Assembly (NCBI GenBank): GCA_965198235.1
Contig: OZ240248.1
Coordinates: 1,152,001-1,216,000, forward strand
Direction: 5' to 3'
DNA length: 64,000 bases
Source of the DNA: Candidatus Poribacteria bacterium
GTDB taxonomy: Bacteria > Poribacteria > WGA-4E > WGA-3G
Shown here: piece after piece, positions 51,193-59,376 of the stretch
How the letters are laid out: each line of letters begins with the position of its first letter
Position numbering within the stretch: position 1 is the stretch's first letter
Translations under genes and position numbers: made by a program
Notes under the pieces: generated by a model
Seen by the model: the letters and a program-made list of their open reading frames with translations, nothing else
Database searches by the model: none
Told to the model about the DNA's origin: nothing

Positions 51193-52052
51193 TGAACGAT
51201 AAAGGCGGCTTCCCTAAAGAGTACGGAAAATTTGCGCTACAGGGAGTCATGAACCATAAAGGGGACTTCCTAAACCTTTTAAAACACGCAAACTATCCCT
51301 TGAAAATAGATTTGCCATCGGAAGTTACACAGCGCGGTACTGATATTGAAATAGCACACAGTACGACTGTCGTCGTTGTTCGTTACCGGGACGGAGTCAT
51401 GATCGCGGGTGACCGGCGTGCTACCGCTGGCACTTCTGTCATCTATGATCGGGCGGAGAAAGTTTTGCAGATTGATAAGCATTCTGTACTCGCTATTTCA
51501 GGTTCACCCGCAATCGCTTATGAGATCGCCAGAATATTGGAGCACTCGTTTCAATACTTTCGCCGCAGCCAGCTCCAAGAGTTGAGTCTTGAAGGCAAAC
51601 TCCGAATGCTATCACGGCTCATCCGGGAGAATCTGCCCATGGCACTCCAAGGCATCGGAGGTGTTATTCCGATTTTTGCCCTCTACGATTTGAATGCCCC
51701 TGATGACGAGAATGGTGGAAAAATTTTCTTCTATGATGCACTCGGTGCGCATTTTGAAAACGTAAATTTTGCCACGACCGGTTCCGGCTCCATCTGGATT
51801 CGCGGTGTGTTACGCTATATCTCTCGATTCGGCGATGCGCCTTTGCAAGAAATGGATGAGCGGCAGGCGACTATCACTATCTTACGCCTCTTGGACACCG
51901 CAAGCGAGTACGATGCCGCGACAAGCGGTTACAACGCCAGGGCACAAATTTTTCCAAATGTCAAGATTGTGACACGCACCGGCGTTGAAGATATTTCCGA
52001 TGATGAATTGGAGGCATGTTACGCTGAAGCACAACCGGACGGAGAGGAATAG
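51189..52052 (+). CDS. prcB: 20S proteasome beta subunit (alternative start 51249)
   Basis: HSTTVV processing site, AGDRRAT, TGSGS. Confidence 0.9.
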   Translation: MMNDKGGFPKEYGKFALQGVMNHKGDFLNLLKHANYPLKIDLPSEVTQRGTDIEIAHSTTVVVVRYRDGVMIAGDRRATAGTSVIYDRAEKVLQIDKHSVLAISGSPAIAYEIARILEHSFQYFRRSQLQELSLEGKLRMLSRLIRENLPMALQGIGGVIPIFALYDLNAPDDENGGKIFFYDALGAHFENVNFATTGSGSIWIRGVLRYISRFGDAPLQEMDERQATITILRLLDTASEYDAATSGYNARAQIFPNVKIVTRTGVEDISDDELEACYAEAQPDGEE

Positions 52053-52175
52053 CCGTCAGCATATTGGCCGTCAGCAGTCGGCGGATGGTGGTTGGCAGTC
52101 GGTAGCCGGCGGATGGCAGTCGGTTCAGAAGTTTTCGCCTAACAAGGGGTTTCTCTTAAGATAACCTCAAAACCT

Positions 52176-52500
52176 GTAGCCTGTAATGAAATGGAAGGCG
52201 GATTTAAGAAAGGCAGCCGATAGTTCAAACCCGCGACGTTTGACCGCAAGGAATAATTAAAGAATGCGAGATGAACCGTATCACGTAGCTCGTAATGAAA
52301 TGGAGAGCGGATTTCAGAACGGGATGTCAAAGTTCAAACCCGCGACGTTTAACCGCAAGGAATAATTAAAGAATGCGAGATGAACCGTATCACGTAGCTC
52401 GTAATGAAATGGAGAGCGGATTTCAGAACGGGATGTCAAAGTTCAAACCCGCGACGTTTAACCGCAAGGAATAATTAAAAAATGCGAGATGAACCGTATC
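52176..52500 (+). repeat. Three tandem 109-bp units: family A element plus the first 19 nt of prcA
   Basis: Units start with GTAGC at 52176, 52285, 52394; ATGCGAGATGAACCGTATC at 52264, 52373, 52482. Confidence 0.92.
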
Positions 52501-53252
52501 GCTGGATAGAAGCGATTCAGGACCGACGAGATTACATTGAAGACCAGCTCCGCGTCGGGAGCCCTGTTGTAGGACTTACCTATAACGAAGGCGTGGTGCT
52601 ACTCACTATTGGTAGAGGACAACGCAAAATTTTTGAGGTGCATGACCGAATCGCGCTCTCCGCAATCGGACACCCTGCCGATATTGAACGTCTCCGAATG
52701 CTTGTTACCGACACCGCCAGCGTCCAAGGTTTTCAAAATGCTACCGAAGATGTAAACCTACACCGACTCACGAACTTTGTTTTAGCACATACCTTCAAAC
52801 AGGCGTTTGAGTCCATTGTTGGTGAAGCGTATATCATTAAAATGTTGCTCGCCGAACTCGGCAGCACTGATGATAAAAGTCGTTTTACCTGTATCAACTA
52901 CGACGGTAATGTCCGGACAGACATAACCTCTACTGTTATCGGCGGTACAGAAGCAATCGAGACGGGAATGCAAAACTATCTCACGACTACTTCTACAGGT
53001 ACCGACAGAGATTTAACCGCTGCACTTCAGTTGGGTTTAGAAGCGTGGGCAGTTGGTAAGGAATTGAGTTCACGAGAACCGGAGGAAGCTGAATCGGAGG
53101 AAACCCAGATAGATACTGCGCAGATGCACGAAATTATTAATGCTGCACGGGAAGACGGTGAGATTGAAGCAGGGGTTTTGGAAACCATGCAGCGCGGTGC
53201 AAGTAAGTTTCGTCTGTTAACCTCTCAGGAAATTGAAACTGCCCTCCCGTAA
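52482..53252 (+). CDS. prcA: 20S proteasome alpha subunit
   Basis: EPYRW...DRRDY, GSPVV, RKIFEVHDRI. Confidence 0.88.
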   Translation: MRDEPYRWIEAIQDRRDYIEDQLRVGSPVVGLTYNEGVVLLTIGRGQRKIFEVHDRIALSAIGHPADIERLRMLVTDTASVQGFQNATEDVNLHRLTNFVLAHTFKQAFESIVGEAYIIKMLLAELGSTDDKSRFTCINYDGNVRTDITSTVIGGTEAIETGMQNYLTTTSTGTDRDLTAALQLGLEAWAVGKELSSREPEEAESEETQIDTAQMHEIINAAREDGEIEAGVLETMQRGASKFRLLTSQEIETALP

Positions 53253-53626
53253 TTTCTCTACTGACACGCTTTGTAAATGCCCATTCGCAAAATTCAACTT
53301 TCTAACTATGGGAATCTGTTAACCATCGAAGAAACACCCAAGCAAAAACACTTGTGTTTTAACATCTATAATGGAGTCGAGTTGATGGTTAAACTGCTCT
53401 ACTACGTTCCTTGCCCCTCCCAGTAACGGGCGGGGACCCCGGTTTTCGGTGAATTCCAACCCGCTCCAGATGCGCAAAGGTTTCTGATTTCACCAGGAAC
53501 CATCGTGAAACGAAATTAGGTTTCCTTAAATGGCATAATTTTGCTTCGCAGTGTCCCGCAAGCCTCTATAGGCTTGCGCAGAATGCTTTACATTTGGAAC
53601 GATGCCCAGGGGCTTATAAATTAAAA

Positions 53627-55069
53627 ATGAAGAAAAGAATTTTTGGGATCGAAACTGAATTTGGATGCATGACGGATGCCGAACGGATTCGTGGCACCTC
53701 TGAAGGTGTTGCGGCACGCGTGCGCGATTATGTCTTCGATGTGTTGGAACTCGGTCTTCGGGACATTCACTACCGAGACTGGGGCGAACCGCCGGGTAAC
53801 GGTGGGTTCCTATTCAACGGGGGTCGTCTCTACATTGATATGGGGCATCTCGAGTACGCTACACCCGAATGTGGCAGACTCTTTGACCTTATCGCCTACG
53901 ATAAAGCTATTGAACATGTCATCAACGGTATCCTTAGGGATACCGGGTTGCCCACGGCTTTCTTCAAAAACAATATTGATCATTTTACAGGTGCAACCTT
54001 TGGATGTCATGAAAACTTCCAAATCAGTCGAGATGTTCCCTTTTACCGTGTTGTCATCCCGACGCTTATGCCCTTCTTCGTTACGCGCCAGATTTACGCA
54101 GGGGCGGGCAGAGTAGGGGCTTATGATGAAATGATTGAATTCGGCAATTTTCACGATGAACTTGGCGAGCAACAATACTATCAAATTTCGCAGCGCGCCG
54201 ATCACATCGTCACTGAAATTTATGAATGGATCCAGTTCAGTCGCGCAATCATCAATACGCGAGACGAACCACTCAGCGATTACACGAAATACCGTCGTCT
54301 CCATCTTCTCGTTGGGGATTCCAATATGTCAGAGTACGCATCCGCCCTGAAGGTAGGCACTACTGCCCTTTTACTCTCTGCTATTGAAACGTTCCACGAG
54401 ATGCATGGCGAAAAATTGCCGCTCCCGGGTTTTGAACTCGCCGATCCGGTCTACGCGATTCGACACATCTCACGCGATAATACCTTCACGTGGCGCGTCG
54501 AACTGAAATCCGGAAAGACTATCTCTGCTATTGATTTGCAGAGAGAGTATCTTAACTTCGTTCAGGCTTTGATTGTCGAACGTGACGAAGAAAGCGAATG
54601 GGTGCTTGCGGCATGGGAGTCTATCCTTGATGAACTCGAAGATGATTGGCTAAATGTTATTGATCGTGTCGATTGGGCCGCCAAAAAATGGCTGCTTGAA
54701 GCTTTCATTGATGAAGAGAAATTAGATTGGGAAGATCCTTGGATTAAAAGTCAAGATTTAGAATATCATAACATCCATACTGAAAGTGGACTCTACTACG
54801 CACTTCAGGAACAGGGGCAGATGCAAAGGGTTGTCACCGATGAACATATTCAGCACGCCGTAGACAACGCACCCCAAGATACCCGGGCAAAAGTTCGGGC
54901 GTTCCTGATGCGTACGCTTACCCAAAACCGAATGCCTTGTATTGTTGATTGGCATCAAATATATGCAGGACATACAGAATATTTTGAGATGAAAGAACCG
55001 TTTGACACCAACATCACGAAGGCGCAAAAATGGATGAAAAGGCTACGGAAGCGACCCGCGCGAACTTGA
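53627..55069 (+). CDS. pafA: Pup/UBact-protein ligase
   Basis: RIFGIETEFG, NGGRLYIDMGHLEYATPEC, FKNN, GCHENF, RRLHLLVGDSNM. Confidence 0.88.
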   Translation: MKKRIFGIETEFGCMTDAERIRGTSEGVAARVRDYVFDVLELGLRDIHYRDWGEPPGNGGFLFNGGRLYIDMGHLEYATPECGRLFDLIAYDKAIEHVINGILRDTGLPTAFFKNNIDHFTGATFGCHENFQISRDVPFYRVVIPTLMPFFVTRQIYAGAGRVGAYDEMIEFGNFHDELGEQQYYQISQRADHIVTEIYEWIQFSRAIINTRDEPLSDYTKYRRLHLLVGDSNMSEYASALKVGTTALLLSAIETFHEMHGEKLPLPGFELADPVYAIRHISRDNTFTWRVELKSGKTISAIDLQREYLNFVQALIVERDEESEWVLAAWESILDELEDDWLNVIDRVDWAAKKWLLEAFIDEEKLDWEDPWIKSQDLEYHNIHTESGLYYALQEQGQMQRVVTDEHIQHAVDNAPQDTRAKVRAFLMRTLTQNRMPCIVDWHQIYAGHTEYFEMKEPFDTNITKAQKWMKRLRKRPART

Positions 55070-55270
55070 TTTTTTAATTATGGCCTCTTGGGCTGCGCTC
55101 CACTACGTTTCGCGCAGGTTTCTGGTTAATTCTGTACTGGGTTTGGGAATTTGTGCGTTTTTGGGGATCCCACTACTCGTCTTATCAATCTTCGGTGTCA
55201 AGACCCCATGCTTTAGCTTGTGGGATGTAGACACCGCCCTCTTAAAAAGGACCAAAACGCCATTTTTAAC

Positions 55271-55300
55271 TTGACTTTTTTCGTGAAAAAACGCTATAAT
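55271..55300 (+). promoter_or_regulatory. Sigma70 promoter of tnpB
   Basis: TTGACT-18 nt-TATAAT. Confidence 0.7.
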
Positions 55301-55396
55301 GATTGTATCAGGTTGGCAGACATTCTCAGCGTTACCACTTGGTAGCGTGTCTGCCTCCCACTGAGAAGGGGATAACCGCCTGATACCTGATAATCC

Positions 55397-56621
55397 ATGC
55401 GAAACACGAACCATAAACTTTTTGATGATAAAACTTTGTGTCACTTGCACGATGACCTGAATATCTGTGGCGTTGTCAAGAACCATTTTCTGGCACTCGC
55501 TATGCGATATTACCGCAGGTATGGTAAGGGACTTTCGTATTCCAAAATGTCGAAGCACCTGACGAAACTCAAGAGGCTTGAGAAGTATAAGCACTGGAAT
55601 ATCCCATACTCATGGGCATTACAGAATGTCCTCAAGCGTCTGGCACAAAGTTTCAAAGAAATGAAAACGTTAGGCAGAGGCCACCCTCAATTCAAGTCCT
55701 GCAAGAAACACAAAGGCATGACGTTTCGGGGTGAACAGGTTAAGATTGAAAAAGTTTTGGACGCGCAGAAAAACGAAAGAAACCACCCGACGTATAAAAT
55801 CCGATTGAACGGACGTTGGTATCGTTTTGCATTACACCGTGAGATAAAAGGCGAAATCAGCCAAGTTCAAGTGACAAGGGACGCACTCGGAGACATGTAT
55901 ATCACCTTCACAGAAGATTACTCGGAAGTGATACTCGAACCCAAGACGGGTAAAGCCGAAGGGTTCGATATGGGTATCAAAGACTTCCTGACTGGCAGTG
56001 ACGGCAAACGATATACCTCTCCGATGTTCTATAAACAGAACGCCAAGACATTGGCAGAAGCACAAAAGTCGTATTCCCGAAAGGTGAAAGGGTCTCAGAA
56101 TCAAGAGCGAGAACGCAAAACTGTTGCGCGTATTCATAAGAAGACTGCGAATCAAAGAGCAGACCACCATTGGAAACTCGCAATAGAGTTGTGTCGGCAG
56201 TTTGATATCCTGTTCTTTGAAGTGTTTTTGCTTGGGTGTTTCGCTTCGCGGTATGAAAAAACTTTGGGGTCAACAGGTTTCTGACCTCGCCTTCGGTGAG
56301 TTTATGCAGAAACTCAAACACCAAAGCAAAAAACGTATCCGTTCTGTGCTGAAGGTTGATAAATGGTCGCCGACCACAAAAGCCTGTTCTGTTTGTGGAC
56401 ATAAAAATGATACTCTCACGTTAGCAGATAGAGAATGGCAGTGTCGAAGTTGTCATACACACTTGGACCGAGACCAGAACGCTGCTATCAATATACTTAA
56501 GGAGGGGGTAGCCTCCTTTGGGTTAGGTGTCGTAAGACCTATCGTTTTGTTCAACAAAATCGTAGGCTGCTCCGTTGAATCGCACAGTCCGATTCTGAAT
56601 TCCACAAGCCTTTCGCGTTAG
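55397..56621 (+). pseudogene. tnpB: TnpB RNA-guided nuclease, frameshifted by a micro-insert at 56222-56242
   Basis: GFDMG (RuvC-I) and FFE (RuvC-II), then a frame change to SLRGMKKLWG...CSVCG...CRSC...DRDQNAAINI. Confidence 0.88.
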
Positions 56622-56675
56622 ATTGCGGAAGCCCCATGCTTTAGCTTGGGGGTCTATCACCAAAGGAGAAAGACC

Positions 56676-57992
56676 ATGGCAGAAGACAGATGCGTACATA
56701 CAGATTGTGAGGGATTTTACCGCCGAGATTTTCTCAAAGCCGGTGCCCTCGGTTTGTTCGGTCTCAGCCTCACAGACCTGTTCCGACTCAAAGCGCACGG
56801 TGCAACCACATTTCAGGGGAAGGAAACCGCTACTTCCGTTATTCTCGTCTGGTTGGGGGGCGGCCCAAGCCACCTTGATATGTGGGATCTCAAGCCGAAT
56901 GCCCCTGAAGAAATTCGTGGGCTTTTCAAACCGATATCGACAAACGTTACCGGTATTCAAATTAGCGAGCATCTTCCCAGGCTCGCTCAACAAACCGATA
57001 AACTCTGCATTATCCGCTCGATGACCTCTCCAGAGGCGGCGCATGAGCGTGGAACACACTATATGATGACAGGTTATCAACCCTTACCGGGTTTTGCTGT
57101 CCCAGGATATGGTGCCGTTGTCTCCAAGCTCAAAGAACAGCGAAGTGCATTACCTCCCTATATTGCTGTGCCTGCGCCAGTCGCTTATGGTGGTGGCGGA
57201 TTTTTAGGCGCGTCGCTCGCACCTTTCTCACCCGGAGGAAACCCGGCAAGCAGGAACTTCAAGGTGCGAGATTTAGAACCTCCCAAAGAGGTTTCCGTTG
57301 AACGCGTTGAACGCCGCCGTTCATTACGCCAAGCCGTTGATGCCGCTTTTAAAAAATATGAGGCAGGCAATCCGGCGGCTAAAGCAGTCGATAGTTTCTA
57401 TACCTCCGCTTACGACCTGATGAGTTCCACCGATGCACGTGCTGCGTTTGATCTCGCCAATGAGACAGGCAAAACGCGCGATGCGTATCAACGGAATACC
57501 TTCGGACAAAGTTGCCTCCTTGCCAGAAGGCTCGTTGAGGCAGGGGTTAACTTCGTCACTGTCAGTAACGGTGGATGGGACAACCACAACAACATCTTCT
57601 CATCGTTGCCGGGTAAACTCAACGCTTTCGATCGGACGATGGCTACCTTAATCGGAGACTTAAGTGATCGAGGATTGTTGGAAACGACCCTCGTTTTGGC
57701 TATGGGTGAATTTGGAAGAACCCCGGTCATTAACCGCAACGGCGGACGCGACCACCATTCCCGTGTTTTCTCGATGATGTTGGTTGGCGGTGGAGTCCGA
57801 GGCGGGCAAGTCATTGGTGCCTCAGATCCACTTGGCATGGAACCCGCGGAGACCCCTGTACGTCCAGAAGACTTGTCAGCAACGCTCTATCGATGCCTCG
57901 GTATTGATTATAATCAGCATCTGGAATCGCCTGATGGCGTTCGCATTGTCCTCTCACGCGGCGGCAAACCCATTCGCGGCGTTCTCGCGTAA
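56676..57992 (+). CDS. DUF1501 domain protein
   Basis: RRDFLK Tat-like motif, GGPSHLDMWDLKP, FGQSCLLARRLVEAGV, GEFGRTP, GRDH. Confidence 0.93.
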   Translation: MAEDRCVHTDCEGFYRRDFLKAGALGLFGLSLTDLFRLKAHGATTFQGKETATSVILVWLGGGPSHLDMWDLKPNAPEEIRGLFKPISTNVTGIQISEHLPRLAQQTDKLCIIRSMTSPEAAHERGTHYMMTGYQPLPGFAVPGYGAVVSKLKEQRSALPPYIAVPAPVAYGGGGFLGASLAPFSPGGNPASRNFKVRDLEPPKEVSVERVERRRSLRQAVDAAFKKYEAGNPAAKAVDSFYTSAYDLMSSTDARAAFDLANETGKTRDAYQRNTFGQSCLLARRLVEAGVNFVTVSNGGWDNHNNIFSSLPGKLNAFDRTMATLIGDLSDRGLLETTLVLAMGEFGRTPVINRNGGRDHHSRVFSMMLVGGGVRGGQVIGASDPLGMEPAETPVRPEDLSATLYRCLGIDYNQHLESPDGVRIVLSRGGKPIRGVLA

Positions 57993-58165
57993 TTAGCGGT
58001 CAGCCATCAGCAGTCAGCAGTCAGTTTTCAGCAAAGATCGTTTTTTGATATCCGAGAGGGTTTCTCCGTTCGATTTTGGAGAATCTAAACTATCCAAACG
58101 CCACTGACGGGTGATAAGCCGATTGCCGATTGCTGATAGCCAACAGCCATTCACGAGGTCTAAGC

Positions 58166-59245
58166 ATGGGTGGAAGACTTCGTAGTGTAGGAACGCTATT
58201 CGTAACGTCCTACATCATCTTCGCGATGCCTCTCTGTCTCGCAGCATCTCTATCCCCGATCTGGTCACTTGAATTTAGTCCCGATGGTAAGACGCTTGCT
58301 GTCGGGAAATATCAGTGGGTTGAAATCTGGGATCTGGAAACGCAGCGCGTCATCTACACGTATGAACCACATGCCGGTGAGGTGCGGAGTCTCGCGTTTT
58401 CTGCAAATGGCAAAACGCTCTATACGAGCAGTGGACTCGCTTCTCGGAGCGGCGAAGTCCGAGTTTGGAATGTCTCCTCTGAAGAACTCATTAAAAGTTT
58501 TGAAATTCACGGCGATACCATTGAATCTATCTCGCTCAGCCCACGTAACACGACATTGGTCACTGCGAGCATGGATGAGTATAGTGCTGTTATCGACTTA
58601 ACACGACTTGAGGATACCGACTTTTCGATAGACACACAGGTATCCAAATGGCTCACCCAACACGTTGGCAGGGTCCTCTGTACTTTGTATCATCCAGAGG
58701 GTACTTACTTTGTCACCGGTAGCGAAGATAAAACCATAAAGGTATGGAATCCGAGCAATTATACCGTCTTGGTGAATTTAGATGCCAACGATGATGCCGT
58801 CTATAGTCTCGCGTATTCAGTCGAAGAAGGTGTGATTGTTTCTGGTTCTGCCGATAATACTGTTCGAACGTGGCGTGTTACGCCGACGGGAAATGGCGAT
58901 GAAGTTGCCGTGAGGCGAAGTTCGCTGGAGATGACAGGGACACTCGTTCGTGAATACAACGGGCATCAAGGTGCCGTCTATAGTGTTGATGCCGGGCTTG
59001 TATCACTGAGGTCCGCAAATAATCGGATGGCAATGATTGCGTCCGGTAGTGCAGATACTTCGGTAGTTATCTGGAGTCTCCGATCCGGCAACCGTTATGA
59101 GACTTTCAATGAGTCAACGGGTGCTGTTTACACCGTCCAGTTCAGTCCAAATGGCAAATTTGTCGCCGCAGGTGGCAGAGATGGTAAAGTACGACTCTAT
59201 AATCTCCGTAAGCGCGCCTTAACCCACGAATTCTTTAAGGAATAG
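58166..59245 (+). CDS. WD40 repeat protein
   Basis: Repeated SL.FSPDG, GS.D.T..VW and GH units. Confidence 0.9.
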   Translation: MGGRLRSVGTLFVTSYIIFAMPLCLAASLSPIWSLEFSPDGKTLAVGKYQWVEIWDLETQRVIYTYEPHAGEVRSLAFSANGKTLYTSSGLASRSGEVRVWNVSSEELIKSFEIHGDTIESISLSPRNTTLVTASMDEYSAVIDLTRLEDTDFSIDTQVSKWLTQHVGRVLCTLYHPEGTYFVTGSEDKTIKVWNPSNYTVLVNLDANDDAVYSLAYSVEEGVIVSGSADNTVRTWRVTPTGNGDEVAVRRSSLEMTGTLVREYNGHQGAVYSVDAGLVSLRSANNRMAMIASGSADTSVVIWSLRSGNRYETFNESTGAVYTVQFSPNGKFVAAGGRDGKVRLYNLRKRALTHEFFKE

Positions 59246-59376
59246 CCATCAATTCTCGGCAAATTGACTATCAGCCTACTTCGCAGTGAGAACATAAAAA
59301 GAACCTTTCTGACACGCTTGCGTCTTTGCTGACTGCCGACAGCCGACTGCTGATGGCTACTCTTGGGAGGTTCACA

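Larger units (their letters stand above)
55186..56660 (+). mobile_element. IS200/IS605 family, TnpB-only (IS1341-like) element; left boundary approximate
   Basis: Matching subterminal hairpins CCCCATGCTTTAGCTTGTGGG (~55204) and CCCCATGCTTTAGCTTGGGG (~56632); right end TCAC; no tnpA. Confidence 0.85.

Noticed and set aside
52176-52500. Possible CRISPR array
   Set aside because: Units are near-identical along their whole length with no unique spacers; it is a tandem duplication
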